The notes: generated by a model not told the origin, from the sequence alone. Shown: positions 1-14,048, counted from the first letter of the stretch. The stretch is 64,000 nt of DNA from Fimicolochytrium jonesii (GCF_025526975.1 NW_026515686.1:62001-126000), one strand, 5' to 3'. Numbers and translations are program-made.

Positions 1-485
1 AACCTGAGCTTTGGTGCTTGAAGGCTCCACGTGGAAGAAATGCTGGGACTAGGCACAGTATGGCCATGACAGGTATACATCAATCGCCACGTTGACAAAG
101 ACGAGCCATGAAAGTCGTATGCAAGGACGCTCAGGGAATGCGCATCCAAGTATATATAAGTTGTATATAAATTATTACACTGTACAAAATTGGGATTGAA
201 TCAGATACAGACAACTCTTGTCGTTCGTGTTCCGAGTTCAGCGCGCAAGCTAGCCTGTGTGGTGGTGGGAGACGGAATGACCCGCTAGCGTGAAGTATTG
301 TCTCTGATCATCCGAGCCGCGATGTTATCACGGCTCCGCAACCTTGAGATACGCCGACTGTCAAGTACCAGGATCCACAAGGGTGGATATTCCAGCACGA
401 GTAGACAGTGGTACAGCGGGTTGCGCCGGCTACTTGTTGTTGGTGTATACTTCGGGCACCAAGTTAGGTCGAGGGTGTGTTCTTG

Positions 486-2578
486 TTATACACGATCAAT
501 GGCACCAGCTTCGTAAGCTAATTCCTCATCTTCGGTTGTAATATCCGCGATACCGAACAGTGTGCGTTCAGAGTCGAGCGTGCGTTCAGAGTCAAGCGGA
601 TGCGATCGTGGCAAGCTGCCGTTAACAACGGCCAACGGCGGTGGATGTATATCTGTAGCTGAATCCTTCTCCTCCTCCTCCTTGGCATTCTCCTCATCCC
701 TGACCTTTGGACTCGTGTCCGCGCCTGCGTTCTTATCTTCCCGCGTCACTCCGTTGATCCTGTCAAGGAACTCGGCGGCCTCCGACGCGTACTTGCACCG
801 GGTGCGGATCGATGCTCCGTACTTCCAGAAGAGGTACGGGAATGGCATACAGACCAGAGCCAAGAATGCGGGAATCGATGACGCCCAGTGGATACCCAGA
901 CTCTGATAGATGTCGGCTGTGAATAGTGGCATGATGGCCGCGAAAATCGATCGCAAGACGGCAGCGGAAGCCAGAACACCTGGTGGGGTTGGGTGAGGAC
1001 GAAAACAGCAGGTGAGAAAAACGCTTTGGAATATCGTCGATTGGCAAAAGAAAGAATACATACTCGCCGCGTAGATGACATAACTGTCAATCAAGTAGTT
1101 CATGCATGCCAAGAAAACCAGAACCATGCCGAAACCGAAGGGAATTGACGCGGAGATCGGGATGGCCCAGTGAAGAGAAGGGTCATTGCCCCACGCAAAC
1201 CAAAAGAGGCCCACGGGAATGGCCACTGCCCCAACTATAGCAGGCGGTAGCCGTGCCTCTGGCGCCGCCCTACCGCCTTTGTTCATGGCGATGTACCGCT
1301 TGTTGTCAATGAGAACGTACGTAACTAATGGTGAATAAAAGCTGAATGAGGTGACTAGACAAGAGTGCTCGTGCGGAGAGGTCGACAGAAACATACCAGC
1401 GAAAACCATGCCGATGGCAATTCCGATGAAAGCCAGCCCGCCGATACCACCGCTCCATCCGCGCCCGCGTTGGAACACGATGGGGAAAGCACCGAACATC
1501 AAGTACAGCGTCATGTACACGATTGCCAAATAGATGGACAGAATGAAGACGATCGGCTCGCGAAACAATAGGACCCACGGGCGAGACAGACTCGTCTTCA
1601 TGAGCTTGCCGAAGCGGAAAGGTTCTTTGCCGTCGTATTTTGATTTGTAAACCATGCCGGTGGTTAGAGATAAGATCTTTGCACGCTTCCGAAGGAGGAC
1701 CGGCGCATATGTCTCGGGCAGGAACAGTGTGCCAACGAGAAACATGACTCCCGTGAAGATCGTCATGATCCAGTGAACCCACCGCCAGCCAATTGAGTCG
1801 CCAGCGAAGCCGCCGACGATAGGACCAATGACGGGTCCGAGGAAAGGGGCGGCTAAATAAGGGGATCGGATGTGAGCAATCTGAATATGTCATCGCGAAA
1901 CGGGATTATGATCAACTCACCAGCAAAGATGGCCATCGCGACACCACGCTGGTCAGCGTGGAAGATATCGGCGATGGTGCCTCCGGCATTCGTCAGCGGA
2001 GAAGAGCCAAAGGAACCCGCAAACAGGCGGAGCAATATGAGAGCAGTCATCGATGGGGATTCACTTGCTCCAGCGTTGAAAGCGGTGAGAGCGAAGTAAG
2101 TGTACACAAACAGAGGACGGCGACCAATGACTTCGGAGAAAGGAGCCCAAATCAGGGGCCCAAGTGCGAATCCCAGCACGAACATGGCGACACCGAGAGT
2201 GAGCACTCTCGTGGATACATGGAATTCCGCCATGATCCCTTTCACAGCTCCAGTATACGCGCTAGAGCAGAACCCGACAGCAAGGGTGGCCACGGCCACG
2301 ATCAATGTCAAGGTCCACTTATAACTCGAAGGCCAATTCATTGGATTTTCGCGGTCACGCCCGTAGCCTTCGTCGGCGTCCAACCAGTCTACGACGTACG
2401 GGTCTTCCGAAGTTCCCTTCCCAGGGTATTGGTGCCGAAGGATGCGATCGAAGTCTTCCACATATGGTGCCCATGGCCTCGATTTACGTTGTTTCGGCTT
2501 GCGGATGGTTGGAGAAGAAGCCTGTTCCTGGTGAATGGTGACGGAGGGCCCTGTTTTGAGTTCGTTGTGGCGCACCAT
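486..2578 (-). CDS. MFS multidrug/polyamine transporter, DHA1 (drug:H+ antiporter) family; spliced
   Basis: ORFs 1853..2578 and 486..1766 join through GT-AG introns. DHA1 motifs: 'DRENPMNWP', 'GPLIWAPFSEVIGRRP', 'GGTIADIF', 'LPETYAPVLL', 'APEARLPP', 'NYLIDSY'; multiple hydrophobic TM segments. Confidence 0.93.
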
Positions 2579-2717
2579 GTTGCGAGCCGTGGAACAGGGG
2601 ACGGTTTACGTAGCGTCGAACAGACCAACTGAAAGAGTGGCCGGCGGAAAGCGAGGCAACAAAGGAACGACGGTACGTGGTGGTGGAGAAGCGAGCATCT
2701 CTGTCCTCCCGGAAGCC

Positions 2718-2724
2718 TTATATA
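2718..2724 (-). promoter_or_regulatory. TATA box (TATATAA) of the MFS transporter
   Basis: TATATAA on the minus strand about 140 bp upstream of the MFS ATG (2578). Confidence 0.5.
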
Positions 2725-2858
2725 CCATATCCATTTCTTTTTTTCCCACGCTTCCGTGCGTCGTGATGTTCTACCCTGCGAATGTTGGAGTTGAGCGGTA
2801 AAGACGGACGTTGAGAGTGTTGGAAAATTGCCGTGGGAAAACAAGCTATGACGGGGAT

Positions 2859-2870
2859 TATCCGCGGATA
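2859..2870. promoter_or_regulatory. Palindromic TATCCGCGGATA containing the PDRE core TCCGCGGA (Zn2Cys6-type site)
   Basis: Perfect 12-bp palindrome in the divergent MFS/monooxygenase promoter; the core matches the yeast Pdr1/Pdr3 response element. Confidence 0.4.
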
Positions 2871-3777
2871 CGCGTGGTTACCTCATTCAGCCAAACTCGT
2901 TTATGCAGGGTCAGTCTGATGAGGTTGGCGATTGGCGCTTGCTTGCCAATTGCATCAGAGAGAATAACCGTAAGGAGCAACAGGAGCAACCGCCGATCGC
3001 GTCACGTTGATTTTGCGGTTTTTGCGTGGGTGCTGCCTTTTAGTAATTGTTCGGCAATTGTTTTCCCAGGCACACCCATCACGGTTATTCCTTGCCTCAA
3101 CATGGGCTCGGACAACGAAGGTTTAAAGACACTGAACACCGAGTGAGCCGCTCGGCGGCGCTGGCGAAGGACACGGATTCCATGCAAAGTGGCCACCCAC
3201 GGTATCGCCAACTGACATGCCCAGAATATGCCACGACATGGCGCCGGCCTTCGCCTCTCTCCTCTTCGCCGAAGCTGGCCTGCATTTAATTATTTTGGCT
3301 TTGAAGCATGTGTTTTGAACATGAAGCGAAATGCTGCCTCCGAAAGCAGAAAAAACCAATAGCAACCCTAATTGGCTCATGATACCCTCGATCTTTGGGC
3401 TCTCCGTTCTGCCGAAAGACCAAAATTTATGACTGATGCCTCAACTCACCGACCCCAGAAATCTCTGTTAGGAGTTGACAGCACGCATCTGCAGATTCGA
3501 CAGCGCGTCTAATGTGACTGGATATCGGCTTTGTGCGCTTCTCCATCCCAGGGAATCTCCAGCCCAGAAACTCCAGCCCAGAAACTCACACAGGTGAAGT
3601 GGTTGAATTCTGGTTCCATTGTTGTTATCCAGTTTTGTGGAGTCCCGTCCATAGTTGTAAAAAGTGCTTAGAGCATAACGCTTAGACTTTTCCGTCATTG
3701 AGCTTGGCCAAGTTCGCGTAGCAGCTTGAAAGGTCCGACGTTCGGCTACAGCTTTGCCACCCGGCGTTGAATACATC

Positions 3778-6234
3778 ATGAAAGGCGATAAAAAAGAACT
3801 CGACGTTTTGATTGTAGGTGAGTCGAGTGAGAGCGCTATGGTCTTTCTTTACTTTTCGACACAGTTGACGTTTTCTTGCTCTCATCTCTGCGCAAATAGG
3901 GGCTGGGCCTGTTGGGCTGTTTGTCGCTTTAAGTCTGAAGCGAATGGGTGTCGCTGTTAGGATCATTGGTAAGTCAAGTGAATGTATTGGGGCGCTTCCG
4001 AGATCTTGATTCAAAACTGAATCCGCGATCAGACAAAGCTACCGAACCAGCAAAGCATTCACGGGCCTTTGTCCTGCATGTGAGGTATGTGAGGTCGTCC
4101 TGTAGAAGTCAACGATTTGAACAAAATATCTCACCATCGAACACCTGGAAACAGAACACAAGAAGTGCTGGGCGAACTCAACCTTCTTTCACGATTCAAA
4201 GATGAAGGCTGGCCCCTCACTCACGGCCACTTCATCGCCAACGGCAAACTCATCGGCTCAATGCAAACCGCGGTCCCCGAGAACGATCCCACAGAAGAGC
4301 GCACTTACTCGCGAGGCCCGCTCGCAATTCCGCAGTCCTTTACAGAAAACATCCTAACTCAGGAGTTGGCGAAAAAAGGCGTCACCGTCGAGAGGGGCAT
4401 CAGTCTCATCGAGTTCAAAATCGATCAGGACGCAAAATCCAGACCCAATGACCATGTCGTGCAAGTCACACTTAGCGACGGATCGACCGCTCGATGCAGG
4501 TACCTCATCGGCGCGGATGGAGGTCACAGTGCTGTTAGGAGGCTGATGGGGGTGAAATTGGAAGGCAGATCTTTGCCGGGCGTAGTGGGGATGGTGGATG
4601 GACTTGTCAAAACCAGTGCGCCCATAGCGATCGATGGCATGACGCTTGTCGCGAGTACGTTGGGTTCGGCGTTGATGATTCCTCATGGGAAAGGCTATAC
4701 TAGGTGAATGCTGCCATCTGCATCGCTGCTGTGGGTGTTGCTTTCGCGGTCTGATCACAGATGGTCTTTCAGATGCATCGTGGATTTCACCTCCGAGAAT
4801 CGCGGGTTGAAAGAGCTTTCAGAAACGGAATCGCCGTCTACTCCCGCGACAACCAGCTGCACAGCAGCTCCAACCTACCACACGATCACCGACGCCGCAC
4901 CTGACATGCCTCTCGAGCCCATTGTCTCACGCATCCGTCGACTCCTTCACCCACACGATTTTGATATCACAGATGTTGAATGGCTGGTCAAGCTGCAGTT
5001 TCAGGAGCGCATGGCCAAAGCCGTCGATGTGGAGCAGCGGGTGTTTATTATTGGTGATGCGGCTCATGTGCACAGGTTGGTATCGCAGAGTGTGTGCTAC
5101 TTCGTTTCAAGGGGTACACAATCTCATGTACTTTCATCAGTCCCGCAGGTGGTCTCGGCCTGAACACCGGCATACAGGATGCACACGGGCTCGCCTGGCG
5201 TATAGCGCTCGCGCTGAAACATAACGGAAACCGCGATTCGCTGTTTTCGACTTATGGTATTGAGAGGATGTCTGTAGCACAGCAAGTGTTGGGACTTTCG
5301 GGCCGGCTGCATGCGTCGATTTTGGGTGGAGCTGGATTATGGCAGTTGGTATGTGCGGAATGTCCTACGCCTAGTGTTTCATATTCACGCAGTCCCGTGT
5401 TCCTATTACAGCTCGTGAAACGCATAGTCGCCATTATCTTCAATATCTTTCCCTCCTTGCCGAAAAGGATGCGCAGGATGGGTGGCGGACTTCTCATTGG
5501 TACGTCGAACCTGTGGCAAGGTCGAGGCTTCTGGTTTGGCTTTGAAGTCGCTTGTCAATTTACTCATGCGCTCTTTATCTAAAGCATACTCCCCAAACGC
5601 CCTCATTCAAGCCTCGCCCGCTGCAACATCCTACTGCACTCTCCGACCAGGCTCACGAGCTCCCAACGGCCTCATCGAAAAGCTCAGCAAAGGAATCTTA
5701 TCGAGCTCCGTCACAACAGAATCTGCACTCTTCATCCACGACACGTTCCCGAACGACCATTTCACAGTTCTCGTTTTCTATAACGCGCAATTTGCAGTCT
5801 CCACTCGCGCGGACGACGACAAGACTGCCAATTTCACCGCGACAGAGGACCGGAAGGGCTCCCCGGGCGTTTGCGGCGTCGAGATCTCCCTCCCAAATCT
5901 CTGCACACCCAAAACAACCAGCGGAACAACATTACAATCCCAACCAACACCCCGCCCAATCCAAACCTTCCTTCTCCTCCCACGCCGCCCGCCTCGCGGA
6001 TTCAACATCACCACCACATCCAGCACAACACCGCGCCGCCCGCCCTTCAACGCGATCTACGCTGCGCAGCCGACATCTCCGGCGTCCGGCCTGAGCGTGT
6101 TTGAGGCGTACGGCGTTAAAGGCGATGCTGTGGTTGTTGTGAGGCCGGATGGGTATGTTGGGTGTGTGGCGAGGATGGGCGATTGGAGGAGGGTTGAGGG
6201 GTATTTTGATGGGGTTTTTGGGGGTGCGATGTAG
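3778..6234 (+). CDS. FAD-dependent aromatic monooxygenase (FAD_binding_3, PheA/TfdB-like) with C-terminal thioredoxin-like domain; spliced
   Basis: Spliced N-terminus 'DVLIVG|AGPVGL' (GxGxxG), 'YLIGADGGHSAVRR' (DG motif), 'RVFIIGDAAHVH|SPAGGLGLNTGIQDA' (GD motif), C-terminal 'VVVRPDGYVG'. Confidence 0.93.
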
Positions 6235-6755
6235 GGGTGTTGTTCGGCGTTGGATGTGTTGGCTTCTGTGTAGAAGCTTTGGAGGGTTGGGTAGTTGGTG
6301 GAAGACATATTTGCAGGCCGGCATGATGTGGGAGAAAGAGGGGGAAGAAATCGGCGTATACCCATGCTTTCTCGTCTGAGTGAGTCACGGCAATTTTCTC
6401 TGTTAGTTTGTCTTATCCATAGCGTCATAGGAGGCAGCGAGACGTTGGGCTCTTAATACGCATCCTCTACCTTCGGAAATCGAATATAAAACAACAGGGA
6501 AACTTTTACGTCACGAAAGTGAGGTGCAAATTTTGAATAAAAGTTACAAATGTAGAGGCGTTTAAACGACGGGATGCTATGCGATCCTATATATTGTAGA
6601 TACGCCGTGGCGAATCCAGTACCTCAAATCCTCCCGCTACATCCCTTGCTAAGCTGCTTCCTAGGGTTGAGGGAGTAGTGTATCTGTGACTACCCAGCTA
6701 CTCCCAAAGCAATGCGATGATATACCGCATGGACATTCTCCCAAAGTATGACACC

Positions 6756-9700
6756 CTACGCATCCATAATCTCCATCTTCTCGATGAACCCGCGCTGAAT
6801 GTTGCACATAACGAGGTAGGTATCCCACAAGCGGTCATCGCGGACCTTGAACGATTGCGGCGGTATCCACTGCCGTCGCGAAGCTTTCTTGCCCGGCGGT
6901 ACAGCGCCAGCCGCAGTAGGTGGACCCGATGCGACCGTCTCGATGTCGTCCTCATCCTCATCCTCGTCATCAACCGCGCCATCCGATCCGACATCACCAG
7001 TAACCTTCTTCTCATACGCCTTCAGCAGGACTTCCAAGCCCGTCCTCAGCGCTCCGATAATCAACATGAAGTCATTGACGAAAAACCACACATCACCACG
7101 TCTGATCCCATTCCCATCGATCAGGGCCTTGAACTGTCCATGACGGTAGAAATCTACCGCATAGGCGTCCAAAATCGGCGCGGTCGGGGATGTATCGACG
7201 AGTTCCGTGACCATTGGGATGACGGCGTGCTGAAGAGAGATGCCGGCGCGTAGGGTGGTGCACATCTCTTCGATGGTTGTGAATGAGTCCCCAAGACCCG
7301 ACAGAGCGACAAAGGGTGAGCGCGCGCGATAGGCTAGACTATGTGTGGACGCGATGCTTTGTACGAGTGGGGCGGACGAAAGGGACGGGGCAAGTTGCGA
7401 GGCGGATTTAGCGAATGTGCGGTTTGAGACGGGAAGGGTGGCGGTTTCTTCGTGAGGAAGCGTTTTGATGAAGGTGTGGATGTATGAGCGTAAGACTTGG
7501 AACAGAAGGTCGTTGTGGTGCTTCAAAGCGTCCACTGCACTGCTAGGCAATGGCTCCAAGAAGACCTTGGACGGTGATTTCTTTATGATTTCCTCCTTGA
7601 AGTCGCCAATCTTTGTCGGACGCTTCCTTCGGGCAAAGAGATGTGCGAGGCACGTCAAGAGGTTCAATTCCGGCTCGGGTCCGCATGCGATGTCTTTGAG
7701 AATTCCAGAATCCATGAGATAGACGAATGCGAAGTTCATCGGCTCGGTCCAGTACAGGTGCGCAGCGACACCAGCCAAGTTGACAGGGTGCCCAGTCGAA
7801 TCCAGAAGCCCGACGCGTCTAAGTTGCAAGCCAAAGGCACCAGTTAGGTGCTCAATCAGATGATATCCTTTCAGTCGCATCGTCCACACATACCTCAAAT
7901 AGTCAATAGAAAACCTCAAATGATGCAAGACCTCTAGTCGTGCAGCCGGGCTCCCCACCGACAACCGTCCCAAACCGAGCATGCCTTTCATCATCTCCTC
8001 TCCTGAGTTTTTCGCCTCGCCATCCACCAGCAGTTGATGCAATCGCAATACCAGCGTCGTTGAAAGCGGGAAATGACCTGACAAATCCGATAACCGCGAT
8101 GCCAACAGTCGATAAACTTTATCGATCGGAATGGCAAAGAACACGACGTTTCCGAGTACGTCGAACCCACGACGACCGGCACGTCCCGCAGCTTGACGGT
8201 ACTCCAAGGCCGTGAGGAAAACGCTATCTTCGGTAAAGACGGATGTTGCTGCAGGCAGATTGATACCCAAAGCCAGCGTACCGGTAGCGACAACCACGCG
8301 AAGGTTGCCAGAACGGGCGTGGCGCTCGACAAACTGGCGGTAGCGGACGTTCATACCGCTGTGGTGGACGCCGATACCCCGAAGAAGGGCGTCGCACAAC
8401 TGCTCCGGGATCCCAACCCAATTTCGGAGGTGATCAATCTCCTTCTCGATCTCGCTGGCGGATGCCGAGCTCTTTCCTGCGAAACTGTATTGCGGTAAAG
8501 GCGCGTCCGGGTCAAATGTTGCGTGCCAATCCAAAAGATCGCCCATATCATCTCCTCCATCGTCGCCAGCATCATCATCATCGCGGCTCTTGCTGCTTTT
8601 GGTCGTCTTTGCAGCCGCAGCATGCCTCGCCGCCTCAAGCGCCTTCCAATTCTTCCAATCCTCCACCTTGCGCTTCCAACTCGTATCCGTCTCCTTGAAT
8701 TTTGTTTCAGCAGCCACAAGATCACAGTGAATCCGGAGCGCGAGCATTTCCACGTTATTTCGCGAGTAGTTGAAAAGGATCGCAGGCAGCTTGCCACTTC
8801 GATGCAGATCGGCGCACAGGGCAGTCACGTTCTTCAAGGCATAATCGAAGCCAGCCGTGGGAGCCCCATTACGCTCCGCAGCAAACTCCTGCACGAGAAG
8901 TTTCTGGTCGAGATCTCGCGTCAACTGTTTCAGAACTCGGAAGAACGGGCCGGCCTTCCGTGACCCAGGCACTCCCATCCACGCCTGCAAAACGGCTTTC
9001 AACTCCGTCTGGTAATTCACGACGTCAATCTTGCGGATCTTGGGTAAACGTGCAAAGTACCGTTGTGGGTCCAAGTCCACGGGAACTTGTTCAGGGGCGT
9101 CGTGCTCCTCTTTCTTCATCAAGTCGTATAATTGCAGACATTCGAATGGCTCCAAATACATATCATCAGGGATAGTCGACGCGCCTAGGGAAAGGGCAGC
9201 GACGGGGTGAATATGCTGGAAGTTGGTGACGCCCTCGAGGGACGGCTCCTTGAGTCCGTTAAAAGACTGGGGTGATGTCGGGAGGTAGATAAACTTGCGA
9301 AGGTCAGAGTATCGGTGCGAGTGCCGAATGGTCCGGAGCGAATGGCCTTTCGCATCTTGGACTTCGCGTAACCAGTTACCAAAATCTTCCGGATTCCCGA
9401 CTGTAGCCGAGAGCGCAATGATGGAGCACGGCGACAGAAGTAGGTTCTGTTCCCAGACCACACCGCCTTCCAAATTGCTGATGGTGTGGATTTCATCAAA
9501 GATGATGCGCTTCAGGCGGGGTGTCCAGTGTGCTGCCACGTCCGGTTGCCTATAGTTACGCCAACCGTTAGTAGAGCTTTATAAACTAAAGCTAAGGTTC
9601 AACATAGAAGTAAAGGACTAAACCGTACATCAAGAATATCTGAAGCATGTGTGGCACCTGAACAATTCCAAACATGAGTCCCCGAGATCGGAAGCTTACA

Positions 9701-12700
9701 TAAACAGCAAAGGGCACATACCGTTATCAACACTTGACACTTCAAAGGATTATGTATCCGATAATCCCTCGTATGCACCGCCCACACACTCATACCCGGG
9801 TGCGGATACGTTTTTGTGAACCGGGCCGAGATCTCGGCCGCAATCTGGTTGACGAGCGCTTTGGTAGGGGCGACATAGACCACCACGCCTTCGTTGCTTT
9901 CTCGCAACACCTTTTCGATGGCGTAGAAAGCGATGAAGGTTTTTCCCGCTGACGTGGGCGCCACGATGAACAGGGACTCGTCTCTATCGATACTGTAGGG
10001 GTTTCCCGATTAGAGTCGTTATGAAGTCAAATCAATATAATAACGAAGACAAACTCACCAGTCCAAAACATCCCTCTGCCACCTATCTGGCATAAAATCC
10101 GTGCGGACATCCGGCGCCGAATCCACATTACGTTCCATGTACGGTCCAAAATGCTTCAATTGAAACGTTATAACGTCATACGGACATCGTAGCGCCGTTT
10201 TGTCCCTCGGTAATTTGGGGTATTTGAACGTAAAGGAGAGAGCATGGATCGAGGATGGGTCGACGTCGGCGGAGGAGACGGCGTTTGGTTTGTCACTTTT
10301 GTGCTTCTTGTCCTTTTTGTCTTTTGAAGGTGTGGACGGCGTGGAGTCAACACCGTTTTCTTTGGAAGCCTTGCTTTTCTTGCTCTTCCCCTTCTCCTTA
10401 GTCGATGCAGCAGTAGATGTTCCAGATGCCGATGGGGATAGTCCAATAGTGTCGAGTACTCCGCGGGCCTCATCGACAACCTCCCCACTCGTTCCATCCC
10501 CATGCACAAGCTCCGTACAAATCTCGAAAATCTGCACCAGTAATCCCATTCCGCCTTCTTTCTGCCGCCTCACATCCGCTTCATCCTCTCCCACGCAAAG
10601 GCTAGCCCATTTCTGCAAAAGGAGCATTGCCTTGTACAGCCTTTTCTCGTCCGTGATGAATTTGACAGCATGTCCAGCCCGAGCATCACTCTGCAGCGAT
10701 CGGTCCAATTCGGCGATAGCAGCCTCGACATCGTCGTGTTTCTGCGAGTTCCGTTGCAATTGTTTCCATTTGTTGAGAGCAGGCTCACGTTCCGCGATCA
10801 ATTTGCGCTCGTTGTTGGCAGCGATAATTGCGTCTTTCTTGCTGAGGGGAGTGCCTTTCTTTCCGCCCGCTTTCGCTGTTTTGGGACTACTCGTATGCGT
10901 ACTCTCTAGCGCCTTCCTCGGCGTAGCGCTCTTATTGCCATGGGCCGACGCACTACACACAATAGTCTTCCGTTTAATGACTCCCCCAGTAGCCCCTGTC
11001 AACGAACTCGCATAGTCCTGAATGAACTTTGCATGCCGTTGATCAGCCTTCCGCGCGCGAACAGCGGCTTTCTGGGCTGAATGAACCGGGTTGGGCCCGT
11101 GGGTGGTTGCTACAGGTTTATTGACGTGCCAGTGTGTGGTTTCGTGGTGACGGATGTGAACGTCTTCGAAGTTTGGTTGAGGGGAGGCGGCTTCGCTTTC
11201 AGTTGGGAGGGTAGGGAGATACGACTTCAGGAACGGTTGGTCGTAAGGTAGAAGCGAGTAATCATCATCGGTTGGTGGGGACGATAGCCCATCTTTCTGC
11301 GGAACGGAAAATGCACGCGCGTCGATAGAGTCGTGGAATTCGCTGCTGAGGCTCCAAATCTCAGTGCCCGGGAAAATAGCTTCCCAGGCCGTTTTGATGC
11401 GATTCGCGTTCTCGACTGCTAAATCCCCCAACACCGCACGCAACGATGAGCCGGGATTGGTGTTCAGATGCCGTCCGACTTCGAAAACCAGGCATCTGAA
11501 GAATCGTTCGTCAACGGTATTTAGGAGTGGTTCGGTGTCATGCCCAAATTTCAATGTTGTTTGCTCCGCGGTCGCGTAGAAGGAGCGGACAAAGTCCTCA
11601 TACGAGGAGAGCGCTTTGCTATCAAGCGGGAGCCTTATGTCCTGGAGTGCTCGATATTCCAATGGGATTTGTGGCAATATGACGGAATGCAGAAGAAAAA
11701 GCTTGGCCATATCGACAGAGAGCGGATCCGGAGTAATGATCTTGGATAGGGTGGCGACTAGGAGAGACCCTTCCAGGTGAATGGCGGCATCACAAGCATC
11801 TGTGATACTCTTTATCGAATTGTCATTCAGGAAAGCCGCGCTGGACATATACTGCTGATGATGCGCGGAAGGGTCGCCATCGGTGAATCTCGCATGGGTG
11901 TGAAACACAAATGCAACGACCTATGGTTTATGCCATGAGTGATGGGCCTTTTACAACATCTCATCCCAAAACACGGGAGCCACTGACCCTGTTTCCCTGG
12001 AACGAATCTCGAGCCAGTAGCGCAACGGACAGCCCTTGTTGCAGGAAAAGGTACATTGACTCTAACCAGAGGGTTTGGCCACTTTTGCCAAGTTTCCGTT
12101 CCCTTATAGAGACTTGATCCGTGCTTTCATCCTCTGCGGAGCCTCCGTCGTTGGTGAAGATAAAGTACGGCTAAGGGACCACTAGATGATGAGCTGTCGA
12201 ATTTTCCGGAAAAGATTGTCTAATGAACTCCGACGAACCTTCTTTTCCGCGACATAAGATACCCAATCCTCGGTGCATACACTTGCGAACAGGTTCACTC
12301 GTAGACCCGTATTGTTTCGAAGATGAGCAACCAATGCTGATCGGAAGAGACGGCGCCAGTGGGCTTCTTTGCTATATGCTCCTTCAGGGGCGTTCGCACT
12401 GAGATTTCTCCGGTCTGTCTGGGATAGAGAACATCAGTGAACTGCATTCAAAGATCGCGAGCAATCGTCACTGGCGAACAACCATCGAAGAAAGCCAGCT
12501 CAAAATTGGCTTTCACGTCTATCAGCGCTTTCAAGCGCTCTTCAGCACAATAAAGAGCATGCAGAAAAGCGGGACAATCTACACCTGCGGAAGAGAAAGG
12601 TCAGTGCTTGCACGATACATAAGCGTATACAACAGTCGAGAACATACCAGCAAGGTCCTCGTAAACCAAAGCCAGGAGAGCCTCGCCGTCGACAACAAAC

Positions 12701-12834
12701 AGTTCGGTACCAGCAAAATCACCCACAAGGTCAATATACACAGGGTTGAGCTCCAAGTACCAGTGTGTATTGGTTTTGACCGTGTCCTTGCCGTCGACAG
12801 GGTCCACGAAGCGCTCGATATGGGCCCCCGACAT
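6756..12834 (-). CDS. DDX60: DDX60-like Ski2-superfamily DExH RNA helicase; spliced
   Basis: N-terminal '[20 protein letters not shown]', '[12 protein letters not shown]', Walker A 'APTSAGKTF', '[11 protein letters not shown]', 'DEIH', 'SAT', '[10 protein letters not shown]', '[11 protein letters not shown]', motif VI '[12 protein letters not shown]'. Confidence 0.9.
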
Positions 12835-13064
12835 TTTGGATAGGTGGCTGGTCTAATATCTCTGGGGCAGCCTCGAACTGCAGGCAGGATGATCTCCTGG
12901 GAACTTGCAAGGCTGTCGAAAAGCGAAGGCAGGAACATGTTAGTGGAAGACACGCGCGAGGGAGTCATCGATTTTCCCAAACGGCGATATCGGCCAACAG
13001 GCTCGAACGGCGTTCCTGGAACTTTCGCTCCGACCAGCTGACCCACACAGCACAAAGCACAAAC

Positions 13065-13835
13065 ATGTCACAACAGCAACCACCGGCGCAGGCACAACCA
13101 GCGGGACAGAGGCCGTCTGTCGTTGGCGAGGACATTCCCTCCGCCCCTTACCCCGTCAACCTGAAGGGCATAGTCTCGGCAGGTTTTGGACGCGGAAGCA
13201 AGGAGCTGGGCATTCCAACAGGTACGAACTCATTTCTCCAACTTGAGTTCATTTTCCTGACTCCGAGAAGTAACGCCATTCTTCTGCCTTTTCCAGCCAA
13301 TCTACCAGAGAATGTCGCGGAAGACTTTGGCAAAATTGTCGACACCGGAATCTATTATGGCTGGGCGTCTGTTGGCGGTGAGGAGACGGCGAAAGACGTG
13401 TACCCCATGGTTATGAGCTTCGGGTGGAACCCGTATTACAAGAACCAGAAGCGGTCGGCGGTATGCGTGGTTGTCCATTCGAGACGTGGAGGAAGGCGAG
13501 TGCGGACATCTTGGAGCTGACGCCTTCTCTTGTTTTGATTTCCCAGGAGGTGCACATCATCCACCAATACGATCGCGACTTTTACAACGAAGAGCTCCGG
13601 GTCATTGTCACAGGTTACATCCGGGCAGAGAAGAACTACGAATCTTTAGGTCTGTTCCCCGTCACACTCGCACATCACTGCGACCTGCCCCGCTCACCAT
13701 ATGGATTCATTCCCCATACATACAGACGCGTTGATAGACGACATTCACACCGATATTAGAGTCGCTCAGAATTCCTTGGAACGACCAGCATACAAAGCAT
13801 TGGGCTCGAGTCCCTTTCTCACAAACCAAAAATGA
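13065..13835 (+). CDS. FMN1: Riboflavin kinase; spliced
   Basis: '[16 protein letters not shown]', 'GIYYGWA', '[13 protein letters not shown]', '[19 protein letters not shown]', last exon '[10 protein letters not shown]...NQK*'. Confidence 0.95.
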
Positions 13836-14048
13836 ATATCGGATTGGCGAGGACATTGCAACGCATCAGCAGCGCTACGCATAGATGATCGATAGGAGAC
13901 CCGATTCGAGATAGCATAGCGTCATAGACTACTATTCTATAGTCGCAGACCTTTCCCCCTATATACCACCGACTTCGCTCTTCCTCAACAATACATAATG
14001 CATAAACATTAACGGCCAAAAATGGAGCATACACCTTTCCACAATCCA

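Noticed and set aside
560..597. 18-bp tandem duplication in the MFS C-terminus (LDSERT x2)
   Set aside because: Local slippage in a disordered tail, not an array or CRISPR.
10200..11015. Long antisense ORFs (also 1958..2632, 44616..45443, 53169..53858, 60661..61473)
   Set aside because: Shadows of real GC-rich or skewed coding sequence on the opposite strand, with no recognisable motifs.
12835..13300. Possible FMN or TPP riboswitch near riboflavin kinase or in introns
   Set aside because: No RFN (AGGGCGGGGTGAAATTCCC) or TPP (CTGAGA...ATACC...TGAT....AATGC..GCG) core found.
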